This document shows, one piece after another, positions 34,651 to 48,990 of a stretch of DNA of 64,000 nucleotides. The stretch is from Magallana gigas (Eukaryota). Every line of letters starts with the position of its first letter. Within the stretch, counting starts at the first letter, position 1. Below the pieces are notes generated by a model, which was not told where the DNA came from, made no database searches, and was given only the letters and a program-made list of their open reading frames with translations. The DNA lies in assembly GCF_963853765.1 (NCBI RefSeq), contig NC_088859.1, positions 38,688,001 to 38,752,000 of the forward strand. Direction: 5' to 3'. Made by a program: the position numbers and the translations under genes.

Positions 34651-37600
34651 TCTGGTCTTTTGACATGCCCAAATCTATTCCGTCCATAACAATGTAACTG
34701 TCACAGCATTCGGAAGATGACTGTTTTTTGCTAATACTTTGGTTCACTTCCTCATCCTTAACTTCCGGTATTTCTTTAGGATCAGTGCGCCCTCTGATGT
34801 TTTTGCAATGGTCTGTATCGATCTGGACGTACAATTTCTCCTGACCACTGGAGGTAGATGGAGTGGCATTTAAAAGTTTCTGAAAAGTTGGATATTTTCC
34901 TTAATTTTCCAAAAAGAATACTTCAAATAGTAAATCTTTGACACAATGCATGCACGGCTGTTACCTGATTTTGTTCACTGCCTACTGGGGGAACCTCTAT
35001 TTCAATGTTAGTTCTCCACAACCTGTAAACGCAAAAACAACATATTGTAATTTTCAAATCTATACGGTCTGGATTCCCCGATAAAAGGGATACAAATGCT
35101 ACATTCATCTGCACATGATTTGCGTCAAAAAGAAAAGGGCCTTCATGACAAAATTTTGGGAAATGAGTTTTCTTTTGTTTTTAAATAGAGTATGTTCTTC
35201 TGATTATTTTGATTCCAAACAGAACCATTTTAACAAGGCCTTGGACTTTTGGAAGAGCGTAACTATCTATTTCTTGCTTCTCACAAGTTAAATATGACGC
35301 TGGTTTCAAGCGAAATATGCACCGATTGTGTATTACAAATTGTATATACAAATTTTGTTGACTTTAATGAACCATCATCGAGTGGGCAGTAATGAAATGG
35401 ACAGGCCTTGTTTGACACAACTACCCAAAGTCCAAGCGCTTGTTAAAATGGTTCTTTTTTATCAAATTTATCTCTTAACCAGAAGTAAAACTAACGCGTG
35501 GTCCAAACGAAAGATAATGTCAGAAAAATTGAAATACAGACGTCAATACTAGAAGCGCCGATACCACTTTGCAACGATAACGTATGGGGAAAAATAATAA
35601 CATGTATAAAACCAAATGAAATTAATTTTTTATGTCTAAAAACAGATCATTCAGATTGCGTGGTGAAAAATATTTTATGATTTTATGAGATTAGTCAACA
35701 CAGATCCTAAATTAACGTGTGATTATCTGCAGGTGAATTCTGGTAACGCCTCTTGTGTAAGGAAATACTGTACAGTCAAATAAAAAAGTGTTTCTTGATT
35801 CTTGTAAGATTAAAGTATCGCTAAACGAAACATTTACAAGCAATACTCATCCGACTGCCACCAGAAGCAGTGCTTGAATACAATATGAACAAAAATATTA
35901 TACATTATCTCCACTTGTGATTTGATGCATCTGCCATTTGCGATGAATGAGTTTCCTCACAAATGCCATCACTTCATGACAAATTGTACATATTTTGATG
36001 AATTGGCAATTTGGTAAGAACTGTAGATGGAAATTTGTTGCATACTCGATAGCGTGACTCATTTTGACAAATCAAATTGAATATCAAATTAACACGACCT
36101 TATCAATTGTTTTAAGAGTCTCCCCAACATTCCAAAAACAGCTGACATTTTTTGTTGTCTAGGTTTTTAAATCATAATTTTGGAGGTTGGTTATAACTCT
36201 TGAAAGAAGAAAAGCGTGGAATATCAATGTTTATCAATTTGTTATACAAACTAAGGAACTACACGTATAGAATGGTTAAAGTTTCGCAATTTGTCATAAA
36301 AATACAAACCTTAGAACTCTGGTTATAATGAGACAGAGAAAGAAGATGGATGCGCAGACTGCAGCAAAAATTATGATGGGATCTGTGGAAAAAAACAATT
36401 CGGTGACTTACATTTAATTCTGGAGCATACAAAGATCCAAATAAAGTTTGGAAACAAAGATTTTCGATAACTTACATAGGCTGGACTTCTTTCCAGTTGT
36501 ATAACATTGAATTCTACCATTTTGTAATTTCTCTCCCGCTAATGTTAGAACATTTATCTCTGCACAAAGTATATCTTCGTTACTTAAATCGTAGGAATAT
36601 GATGTTACTTCCGGCGAGATATTGAAACTTCTCTTTGCTTCAAATAGAAAAGAATTGTTCCATAAAATCAAAATAATTTTGCAAAATGTTCCGATGATCA
36701 GACTTTTCAGATCAATTATTCCATTACTTATGTTGTTGTCTCTTTGCAACTTTTCCCGATCTTTTTTTTTTATTTTGAAGCAGTTTCGAATTACAATATT
36801 TTGAAAGCCGTAGCTGTTCCCTGATAGTTCACACATTAGCGTTTCATAGGTCAGGCAACCTTAACTATGCCATTGATAGTAATAAGATGTAGCCTGGCAA
36901 ATGTTCACGTTCAAATGTTCTCACTCATACAGTCCGATGTGCTGCAAAAGGAGAGGACATAGTGATCCACCACAGCGGACACCAATCGCATGTTACAGGT
37001 AGGTATTCTCCAAGTGACCTCCAGATGATCTTCTTCCGTGTGGGTCAATGTCATTTCTAGCAGACCTGGAAGCTCTAAAGAAGAGATTACAACCAAACCG
37101 TTCATTCACAGACAGTGGTTGATCTTTAGAGTTTGTATTACAGGCTATCGTGAGTGCCACTTGTAATTGATCTTTTTAAAATTGATCTTTTTAAAATACT
37201 GAGTAATCTATAATTATGTGTTCCTCTATATGGGATCAGCCAACATATAGACCTATTTCTGTTCTTACCGCCATTTTGAAAAACACAATCTGCCCATTTT
37301 ATTCCACTCGTCCTTTCGCCTCGGTTAACAGACACGCCATATTTGAGAGAGACGCTATGACTGTGATTTATTGTTATTGTCGTGTTCCGAAGATTATCCA
37401 GCCACCGTAAATTCTAAATTTAAAAATACAAGACAGGGTTTCGTTAATTGTTCATTCTATATCAACTCATATGAGAAAAATGATACTTTTATGATTTATA
37501 ATTACCCGAAAATCTTCTTTTTGGCACCAAAATACCGTAAATCTGACATCTTTCTGTTGAGCAATATCCAAGAAGACTGTTGTTAAGCTGCCACTGACGA

Positions 37601-40600
37601 CAACCAAAATGTCGGGCGATTGTAACACTAAATGTAAACAAAAAAACGTGTAGAAATCATATAAATTATTAAAGCATAATCGAAGTACTATTGGTTTGAA
37701 CAAGAAAGATTACTTTTAACTGGGAGTAACGTGTTTTAAATTCGGTCAATTTATCGTCAATTTCTCTAACGCGGGGATATATTGAGTAGGTGAATTACTG
37801 ATAATATCCATGTTTACTCAATTTCACAGGTGTCAAACTTCAATAAAAGATGTTTACAAACTTCAATAAAACAACATGTTTACATTCATCTTTTGATGGA
37901 ATTCTAATCAGAGCAAAATCTCGTGACGTTCCAATTTCATTCTTTGACCAAATTCTGGTCGTTATTTCCTGTTGCGCGGGGATTTGGAATCGAGCGAAAT
38001 TGAATACAGTTTCCTCAGTGCAGTCTCTAGGTTCCTGTGATGTATTGTATGGACATACGGACACTACGTAACGCAAATGGGATCCATAAATCCTTTGTTT
38101 TTGAATCTCCTGTAAAATATCGACGCAATGAAAATAACATAAAATGGAAAATATTTCCAGCGCTACAACAGTCAGCAAAAGATTCTTTTCATACGGGACA
38201 ATTGAGTTGATCTTATATTAAAAATACCCTCCAGAAGATCAAAAGGCCGCTATATGCGCAATTTCCCCGGGAAATTATGGTGAACGAATTGATGTGAACG
38301 TAGGGTGGGAGGCCAGGTACTGTAAAAAAGAAAGACTATTAAAGTCACGTTAGTACCTGGAATAGACTATAAACAATGCAATTCATGGTAACACCTGTCA
38401 AGCATTGTTTATAAACATGCCTGTCTTGTCTGTGGATGCTGTAATAGATCGACTCTCGCTCCAGATTCCTCCTTCCTGAGGTATGGCTGCAACTTTGATG
38501 AGGTATTTTGTGTAAGGCAACAAACCACACACTTCAAACCGTGTGCTGTTGACTATCCAGGTAGAATTGTCTGATGGCTGAGAAAGAAATTAATCAAAGA
38601 TTTTTATTCCAATAGCCATTAGTTGTGGTAACCTCTCTTATACGCTAAATTATGAAACAAGCAATCTTACATGTTGTTGTCCTTCAGGTGAGATAGCTAG
38701 ACACGTGATTTGGTAGAGTTGGGGGTACAGGACACTCCACAGATAGCCCCTACCGTAGGACCACTGCAGTGTCACACAAGAAGGGGTGGTCCCCACAAGG
38801 CTTACATTCTGTACAGGGGCAGGTTTGACTGCAATGATAAGTTATGAAAATCCTGAAACTTAAATTTATTATGTATGCTACATGTACATTGTTTTGAAAA
38901 TTTCGCTATCTGTGCAAAATGTTAGGTAATTATTTTTACGACGATTTTTAGCTTTCAAAAAATTGACAGGATGATGATATGAACAGTATACACCTGAAAG
39001 TGCTAGCAACAGAATTTTTTTTTATCAATAATATAAATAAGATATAACAATTTGTTGAGCCAGCAGAGGAAATGTTGATAGAATTTTTCAATATCTGTGA
39101 CTGGTCCTTAGAAGGAACCCTTAATTTTGATGCTATATGTTCTCAAAGTAATTACTTATCGTAAAATCAACCAAATATAAACTCAGTCCCTTTCAGACAA
39201 CCTCGGCTGAGTTTTCTATTGACGATTGAAATTATTATTTGCATTTCGCCAAAAGAATTTTTATGTCAATATAACTTGCTGGAATGCTATTTAAATGACA
39301 GGAACGTTTTAATTGATACGTGTGCTTATTGATAGTAAACAATAATCTTGAGAAGTGGCAATGTTCATGAAAATGCATTCTGTGTGGTAAATTGCTGCAT
39401 TTCAAAACTTTAAGTATTACATTATTACATAATATAGAATAAAAGAGGTGAAGAAAGCCTATCCAGAAGTTTCAAAAAGGAGGGTGATTCTAGTTCTATT
39501 CCAAAATGCAAAATAACACACGATAATAGCTTGTAAATCTCTTGGCGACAAATTGAATTCTATTTCGCGGACACTGCTAATTTTTTTTTCAAACTTCGTA
39601 GTTGTAAGGGCAATGACACTCGCTGGTTAATCAATCTGTAGTGCGTGATCATCCCTAGGAGCCTCTAAGGAGAGACCAGGCGTCAAAATTCTACTCTAAT
39701 ATGGCTAATTTCTGTAGTTTTTGTCATTAGAGACATCTATTCTTCGAATCTAATTTCCGCACTCCTAATTACACATAATCATTGCATAAATGTATACATT
39801 GTATTTGGGTAAAAATATCCATGAGAGAAAAGTTTAAAAAAGAAGGAGTGTTTTTTCTTCTCACCTTGAAAACATCAGATCGATGCATGCGCAGTTCTTT
39901 TTCAGAGTAATATTAAACTATATAAAACTATACTTTGAAAACCAAAACTCCAATTCTTTTTAATGAAACTTGGAATCCCAATACCCCCCCCCCCCCCCCC
40001 CCCCCCCCACCGGTGCCCAAAATTGAACGATAAACGATATTTTTTATTCTTTACAATGTACATGTAATACTTTTTTTTACAGGTGTAACCATTTTGAACA
40101 AAAATAAACAGCTAACTTTTTCATAACGCAATGGGAAAACATCAGAAGTCGTAAAAAATGTATAGTCTTTTAACTAAGATACTAAAGTATATATATAATA
40201 TTCATATACAGTTGTTAATATCGAACTTATGTCTTGTATGAAAAATAATTGAGAGTTTATTGAAGATCAATATAAACATGCATCATTTTGTTGTATTTGA
40301 ACACAAATCAAATTTTAGAATATGATACGCTCGTCATCGTTATAAGTGTATTTTACATACGTAGCTACAGTAACACACCACCTGTGTGAATGTAGAAATC
40401 ACATGTGTAGTATATTGTGTACCTTTCTGTTGGCAGTGAACTTCGTAACAACTGTTAAACAGGCTGACGCACAATCTAATGACGCAATTAGGATCCAGAT
40501 CCCCGCGTTCTATGTCCCATCGACAGGAATTCTGGGATTGCTCTGGACAATCAAGCCAACTGGACATCAAGGAGCCGGATATCAAACTCCTACACATTCA

Positions 40601-42841
40601 AATTAAAAACGGATGTCAGTTATCAAACATAATATTTGCTTGAAAGTAATTATATGAATGGCCTTGTCAATATGTATACATGCTGATTATCATGTCCATC
40701 TGGGTCTCACAATGGTAAAACATTTAATATTGGAACTAAGGAAAGATGTGTTATTGTAAGTATCTTAACCTTTTATCTGTAAATGGTATCTCACAACACC
40801 CACATGATTTTCACTCTACGTGTAGACTTTAACAAATTAAAAGTTTATATGATACATGTACTACATGTTAAATTGACAAGGTACCAGATATTTTCATTGC
40901 AAATCATACCGCGTTTTTTGTCTTGCCAAGCACTGCAGACGCTGACAGTTTATAATTCTTGTGTTTTTGGTAACTTCAAAATGAACGATTCATTACTGCT
41001 GACATAGAATCATTATTGGATATAAAAAAAATGAACAAATGAAAACAAAAATAAAGCTTAAAACAAATAAGTAACCATATCAAAATTGGAGCGATTATTA
41101 TAATAAATTTTCACTAAAATACCTTTAGTATATGCCTTTTGCTATAACATAGTAAGATAGCCTTGTTTTGATTAACAGTACCATGTATCTTTCATAATAT
41201 ATATTTTTTGAATTAAAAAGAAGAAGAATTCATGTCTTTTTGTTTTTGTTCTTAAATCACTTTTGTTGGTAAGGATTTCCCCTCTTTTCTTTTAATTAAT
41301 ATTATCATCTGTACTCTAGTCTTTATCATATGACTGTGGTTATATCTTTGTAACTATGTTAATAAGTTATATACCCTTTTCTCATGTTATTTATATCATT
41401 AGCATCTAAAATGTTTTCATGATGTATGGCAATACTTGTATCATGTTAAATCTTGTTAGTTTTGAGAGAACATATATAGAAGCACCGCCTGCTTTTCAAT
41501 CCCTTTTGATGTATTCATATTAACATTGTACTTGATTAAAATACTTTTTCAATGAAACAAAAATTTAGAGACATATTAGAAAGAATTTCACAGACAGCCA
41601 ATATTTCGTTATTTAGAGACACTATAACACAAAATTGTAACGAGAAACGTGTGAGACTGTTTTAAAAAATCAAAGATAACGGTTTAATCTGCCATAGAAA
41701 AAACAATTCAAATAAGTCTACTCTTTAGATGTAAATATCTGCTTAATGAATATCAGTATTGCTGCAATTCTTCATCTTTACAAGATATTCAGTTTCGGTC
41801 AAGACATCAAGATATCCATAATGTTGACCTTAATTGCTTGTATCAGTTTTTCAAGTATAGTTTTATGCCATTGTTCTGATGTACAGATTTTGTTTCAAAA
41901 CAAGACGTTCATAGTATACAATGTATGGATATTTGTTACTACTTTCAGAGAGGAAATAAAAGAAACATTAAAAACTTTGTCAACCCCCTTGTTATAAAAT
42001 AGAGTAAATATAGCCTTTGTACATGTATGTTTAAATTCATTGGTTACTCCCCGGTCCAATTTTATGCTGTAGTAAGCACATATAAACACTCGTTAAAGCA
42101 AAAGTGTCACAAATACACGTTAGAAGTCATTGATCTAGTATATACTTAGAACATATACACCATATACTCTTTAAAAGATATCGAAATCATTCAACGGAAG
42201 TAATCAATTATACATGTGTTCTCGTTCAATCTAATTACAACTATATGTTAGTTAATCATATCCGGATCTTTTTCATTCTAACTGAGATCTTTTTCATTCT
42301 AATTGAGATTTAATTTCGATCGGCAATGACACTTCAGATTTGCAATAACCACGGTCACGATGTAAAGTCGTATTCGAGGACCTTACACGGTTGTATGCAT
42401 ATATGAGTAATTTAAACCGGTGGCATTTTAAATCTGAATACATCTGGTAAATCAATATGGTAATGAATGAAATCTTTGATTTTGGTACACAGCGTGAATT
42501 AAGGGAAACAAACAGATATATCTCACTGTCTTTTATTGGTTGTCTTAATCCATTTTACAGCGCACTTACCACTTCACTGTGACGTCAGTCGTACCGCTAT
42601 CTGCAGTTGACGAATTCCACGAGCAGAAGAGGAACTCTTCGTAATTATAGGTGTAACAGTTGACAGCATCACCTGACAATAGAGCAAAGGAAATATCAAT
42701 AAACAGATTATTTTTTTTATTCAGGTACGTCCAATATCAGAGGCCCTCGTTAACACTTCTAATGAGAATTTCCTCCTTACAGATGACGGTTCCCGCCCGG
42801 AGGAAAACCAACAGAAGTTGTAAACATTTCCAGGATGTCAT
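34646..42841 (-). CDS. Class-I cytokine receptor-like type I membrane protein (Domeless/gp130-like), 635 aa, 14 exons
   Basis: Exons 42841-42781, 42672-42570, 40589-40423, 38828-38671, 38577-38421, 38319-38228, 38109-37884, 37627-37506, 37413-37269, 37074-36925, 36637-36476, 36382-36310, 35022-34965, 34879-34646 (1908 nt). Signal MTSWKCLQLLLVFLRAGTVI; CYTYNYEEFLFCSW; hinge VKPAPVQNV; GGIWSESRS (WSxWS-like); further FN3 domains including SGIKWADC; TM PIIIFAAVCASIFFLCLIIT; ~100-aa tail. Confidence 0.8.
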
Positions 42842-45026
42842 TGCAGATCGAATGCTTTCATATCAGGAATGAGGATACATCTTGAATTCCTCACAGAGTA
42901 TCCGTTAATATCCACAATAACTTTGAATCATACAGGATACTGTTTTCCATTATTATTCTCATGTTTCTTCCTTTCCTTGTTAGAAAAACACCCCTCTCAT
43001 GAGATGGCCATAACTTGAAATTTCAGTATTCTTATATGAGAAATATTGGAACTTTAAACCACACATTCGCTGGGATGCAATGGTTTTGAATATTCCATTT
43101 TTTCAATAACCATCAAGATTAATCAGATCGATAAATGGCAATAAAGAATTGATCGGGTATTTTTCCTTTTCAACGTTGGGCGCCCAGAATATATACTAGA
43201 AATCGACAGGGCACACAATGGACATTTTCAGATGTCAAAGAAATTTTATTCTTTTTTTCCCTTTAAACACACGTTTTATAAAGGGGCTGAACATAAATTA
43301 AGAGGCCGTGTATCTGAATCACCGGTGAACCTCAACTGTACTTGTTATGAGTGTAAATGTGTGTGTATTGTTGAAGGGAAGGGGGGGGGGGCAATCATGA
43401 TTCTGGACATGGTAGAGTGAGATACAGTGACAAGAAGGGGGTGATGTCTAAACGTGAGGAGTGGAGTAGCGGGTCGAATTTAAAACAAATTGCTATACTT
43501 TGAATGTATGTGTAAAATGTCCTTTCTGATTCAACATGATCAAAGCCACGTTTATTATGTAGACATATTTAAAATCGTGCAAGTCGTTCTTTTCTCAATC
43601 GACGTACATCGAGGCTCAATCGACATACATCGAGGCAATGAAACCGGTCTGATCAGACCAATAAAATTCCGAGGAAGACGTTTTCTGAAGAAAAAAACAC
43701 ACACACACACAAAGGAAGTTCGGATAATTCACCACTTTTTTGTAGTAATAATGATGAAACACAAAAACAAAGCGTTTCTTTTTTGGAAAAAAAAATTGTG
43801 ATCATTGAGCACGTATAACTCATACATTGACGTCTTTATAGCGTAGGTTTTTGTGACCTTACGTTGGGATTTAGGCTAGAGGGAGAGTGCAGTTGATTTA
43901 TGCCTTGCATTTCGTTCTGTTCCAACCTGACCCGGTCCCGTATTAATGACATACACTGATATCCAATCTTTTGTAAACCTCTTTTTGGTGGATTAATTAA
44001 AGAGTCAACAAACTTGATAGATTAGGAGATATTCGCATACCGACAGCAAGCAAACATTGCTTTAGATTTCAGAAAAAGACATTGAAAATTGTCGTACATT
44101 ATTTTACCGAATTTCCAAATCTATTACAGGGATGAGATAAAATATAAAATTATCCTATAATGAGAAAATGTTATTTTCCCTTTTCCTATTGTTTTTTTTT
44201 GAGAGAGGTTAAAAGGTGAACAGTTCATAAATAGAAAACGAACAAAGAGTTGACAGTTAAATGAAGGGTTATTAACATTTAATCCAAAAACGTAAAGCTT
44301 TAGGAAGCTACTAAGAATTAGGATTGATTTAATACTAATTATACCAATCAGGAATATTATGGTCACAAAAGTAACGAGATTACGGTATAATAAACATCTC
44401 AGTATCAACAAATGATAAGCCTGCAATTCTCTGACTGTAATTCCGGATTACGAAAGACTGATTTTGAGTTTTTAAATAAAGTTAAATCAGGCAATGGAGT
44501 CTTTCTTTTCTGAATTTTCAGGATATTGAAACTACAGTTGAGGATCTACAAATTGACCACAATACAGCTAATGTTCAAATAAGATCTACGGAAAGCTGAA
44601 AGCTGAGCAGTTTCCAACGTGCATGATAAATTCAAAATTTGTTGGATCATTTTGTCATTAAGACTATCGGACATTTGACACTAAACAGTAAACACATGTG
44701 TTTTTCACCTTTTTTTTGGCAATGCCACAAATGAGTACATATTCATATAATGAGTATTTGTAAAGACAGGTGGGAAATTGGCCAGCGTAGCCTTTTGTCA
44801 ACAGACACATTGCTATTAGCACGTTTTTCAAGCATTGGCGACACTTTAAATCGACAGAAAACATAAGTTGATTGTGTCTATTCAAAAATCTCAATAGTAA
44901 GGGAACCTCGTCCTTCAAATCTTAAGAAGTGCATTCTTCTCTTACAAAGCTGGACGAAACAGAAAAAACCCCCAATGTAATTCATGTATTACTGAGTTGT
45001 ACAATCGTGATACGTTGATGCATTAA

Positions 45027-45247
45027 GGGGGCTATGGGGTGGCTGTCATTTTATAGACAATATTGATCTCCTTTACAGGAAGAGCTCCATATTAAGATAA
45101 TGGAAAATGATGAAATTTTATATTAAAATATATGAATTTTTTCTTTACCAAATAGTAGTCGACAGCTTCAGAAATTACCTATAAAATTTTCAGCAAAATC
45201 TGATGGTTTTTATATAATATTTTGACCCCCCCCCCCCACCAGCCTCC
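45027..45247. mobile_element. Short degenerate TTAA-flanked MITE
   Basis: TTAA|GGGGGCTATGGGGTGG ... CCACCAGCCTCC|TTAA. Confidence 0.5.
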
Positions 45248-46639
45248 TTAAGGGTTTTATTTGAATCTAAAAAAAACTATGGAATGGAAAGTAAATAATT
45301 ATTTAAAGGTCATAGAAAATTTCTTTCATACAAGGAAACAAATAAAATCATTTTTTTTTACTTCTGATTAATGTTTATCATTCAAATAAGGAAAGGTTCT
45401 TTTTAGTGACATTGATATTAAGGAAGATTTCTGAGATTAAATTCGGACATGACATTTACCGTAAAACATTTTATTACTTAATGCAAATGTATTAATTCGG
45501 CTCTGCAGAAAAAAGAACCAGAGGCAGAATATCATAAAAACCATCATTATTTGATGGGAATATCAGTAGAAAAGATCTGCAACATATTGTTTGCTGTATA
45601 CTCAATGAAGTCGGAATACAATCGATGCACATGCAGCACAGATGGGGGCATTGTATATTCCTATATTGTATCGGACTAGCGTTATCAGAAAACTGGCAGT
45701 AAAGTGATTCAAGTGTCCGACTGTCCCTCCTTAAAACTGCCTGCTCTAAAGAGTTTAAACCCTTGACAATTTTCAAACGAGGACCAACAAGTACGGCGAA
45801 AACAGAATTAATCGGAAAACAGAATGCTCAGCAAATATAGGGGCTTCTACAGGATACCCTTGCGGTTTGAATGATTTTCTAATGCGAGGAATATCTGAAT
45901 ATCTTCCATTTAAGGAGGTGACTCTTGCAGAAAGCAGACGTGATAGGCTCGTGTGGTTTCCATTCAAAGAACAAACTCGTTCGATAGTATCTTCCAAGAT
46001 CTAACCCCTTTGTTTGGAAGTCTATCAATATTCCGGCGTTTTTATGTAACAATGATTTATACAAGTCGACAGAATATTAGACTATTACTCGCTTCATGAT
46101 CTTGCTTGCCAAATTTTCGGGAGAACATAACAAACCTAGTGTAAATAAAACTGTTAAAGACCGAAGGAGGAATATCTTTATCATTGCAAAGTCTGTTCTG
46201 TCAAACATTCGATAAAATTGATCTTTGGGACATTGGTGATTATTAAAATACCTTAAGTTTTAATCAGTGAAACGAGGCACAGTTGAAGATCAACTTTAAC
46301 GATAACCGTATTCGAGGGAATTGGCAGTAGCGTAACCCACACTTCAAACACGAACTGGGTTGGTCGGTAAGAAATTGACTTAAACGTCCGTTCTTTCAAC
46401 AAATACTTATCCACTATTTCTTACGTACGTTCTTGAAAGTTGAATTGGGGAATATTGCATGAATTCGTAATCGATATGAGGAGCTGTATTCGTTTCAAAC
46501 ATGGCCAGTGATTTTGTACATGGACAGACTCTTTGATATTTATTTGATTCAAATTAAGAAACGTATTATTTTTGTTATCCTCGATCAGGGTGTGTTAATC
46601 AGTGTTTATTGGATGATATTACATCAGCAACAAATAACC

Positions 46640-47220
46640 ATGGAAACCGAAACGTTAAATAATTCTATAGACAACTGCCAAGAGAACAGCAGAAGTCAGT
46701 TAGATCATCTTCACTTGGAGTTAAACAATCTAAGAATGGCAAAACTGTCGATTCCGAGTGGTTCTCAAGAATTTCAGCAAGCTCTTGTGGAATCAGGGGT
46801 AGAACCCGAGGAGACGGGGTTCAGGAAGCGAAGTCATACTGTAGATAGTTCTTACGCAAGGCCCAAAAATCATGTTCATTTCTCAATGAAATTGACAACG
46901 ACTGAACCCTGTAAGCACGGGTCCTCTGAAGACATCCATAAACGTCACGGCATCCTGAGGCACCACGAAGGGGGCAGAGGCAGAAGCAACACACTGGACC
47001 ATCCTTCGATTTCTGAAAAGGAGGATGTGAAGGCTACGAAAGAAACTACAGAAAAGGCTAAACAAGCAGAAAATGGAAAACCGCACAAAAATCAAGAAAA
47101 TCACAAAAAATCTGAAGCTCAAGAACACACATCAGGATTTCGGAGTATATTTCGGTCGAGGCCCAAATCAGAGAGTTCTGTGAAAAAGGATTCGAAATCG
47201 CCTTCACGGAAAAAGGAAAA
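46640..47220 (+). CDS. First coding exon (193 codons + 2 nt) of an unidentified gene with a disordered, Ser/basic-rich N-terminus; remaining exons not identified
   Basis: Kozak-like AACCATGG at 46640; open frame METETLNNSID...SPSRKKE; donor AA|GTAAAT at 47221; upstream acceptor at 46587-46588 and donor GTAAGA near 46367 suggest a 5'-UTR intron. Confidence 0.65.
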
Positions 47221-48928
47221 GTAAATAAAGATGGTATAATTTGCTATGAAGGTTAAGTTCTCTTTTTTTGTTCACATAGTTGATGTTTAAATCGTTAAAT
47301 AAATGGTTTTGCATCGATAAGAATAAGTGGATGCTTCAGAAAAAGCAATCTACGATCTGGTGATAAAAGCAGTATTTTCTCGATTTGTAGAATGAGCCAA
47401 ATCAGACTCATATTAAAAATATCCTAATCATGCTCGTTAGTTTTGCGGTACTGTGCCATTGTAGAATTGTAGAATTCTGTAATTAGTTTTAAAAATAGAA
47501 ATCGTCATTTTACATGCACAGGTATGGCATGTTTCAAGAAGTTGACAAGAAGACTCATAAATGTCTACCAATGTCTTCTGTTTGTTTGCTCTCAAATTTC
47601 GTCTATGTGGGGCAATATTGACTTCTCTTGTAAAATAAGGTTAATACGCCGTGAAAGCACGAACGTTTTCAAATTTCCAGCTGTAAATTTGAAACGGAAG
47701 ATATACGGCAACTCTCCCCAACAATAGGGTATGTGCCAAATGGAAGACTTTTCTCGGTATGTATTTGTTATTTGACAATCATATAGATTAATCAATCACT
47801 TCCGTCACTGTATGATCGATATTTTGTAAATCACTAAAATTTTGTAAGCAAAAATGAGTGCTAGTTTTGTTTGTCTTTGTGTTTTTGACGGTTTAATTGT
47901 ATATTTCGTGTAATCGTAATTTTTTTTACAATTTACATCAGCAATGAAATCAAAGTGCAATATGCATACAAGTATGTGTAACTCTAGAAAATTTGTACAC
48001 TATGTCACTGAATCAGAATGGCTTACAAGTGTATACATGTTAAATGCAAATAAAAATTTTGTACAAACTTTTTGGTGCCTGTTATAAATTTATGTAATTA
48101 AATTCATTTTATCAATTGCAATTGCTTTCCTGTGCAAGAATTAAGTTGTGAGATGGATTTTCTCATTTTTGCTTCTCTTCAATCAATTTTATTGTTAAAA
48201 TTTGCTCATTTCACATTTAAAATTAATATATGCATCGATTTTGTTGTGTAACACAACAAGACAAACTGTTGAAAGACGGTGCGAGCAAAAATCCATTTGT
48301 CAAGGGCATTGTTTGTGTCTTTGTATATATTCACAAAACACACCCTCGTATAAAGAGAAAAATGCGTCAGTTTCTTAAACAACTTCATTTACTATGTCTA
48401 AAACTGTTTCTCTATGATTTATTAAGGTGTTAAACCGATTTCAGCTTGAGTCACTGGTACATTTATCTATAGATTTCAATAGAAAATTGATCAAGCTGTT
48501 CAATTTTGTGGTACGGAAACATTAATATCAAAATATTGTTTTTCGACCGTTTGGCAACAGACATTTTTAAATCACTCTCGAGTCTTTCATGTTTTCATTC
48601 TTATAAAGGAAAACAGCTGTAATTCACTATTAAAACAAATTGAGTGTTTCTTGTCAAAGAACAGTTAAATTTCACCTTTATTAAAAACAAATGATATAAC
48701 CATTAGCAAAAATTTAAAAGCACAGTGCAATGAATACAATTTCTCTCCATATCATGTTTCTTTATGCTGAAATATTGAGATTTTGCGTAGTTTAAAAGTT
48801 TGGGGGACGTGTAAAGACAAGAATACCCTACCCCTTTCTCAAATTTCCAGGCGCTTTTTCAAGCACTGTACTATTCAGAAATGAGTATTAAAGAGCTCTT
48901 CAATACTTGAAAATATAAGATTGAAATC

Positions 48929-48941
48929 TTTTTAGCTCACA

Positions 48942-48990
<49 letters not shown>

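Noticed and set aside
45490-46070. Higher-complexity stretch with several short ORFs on both strands
   Set aside because: No recognisable motifs or consistent splice structure; likely promoter or UTR sequence of the plus-strand gene.
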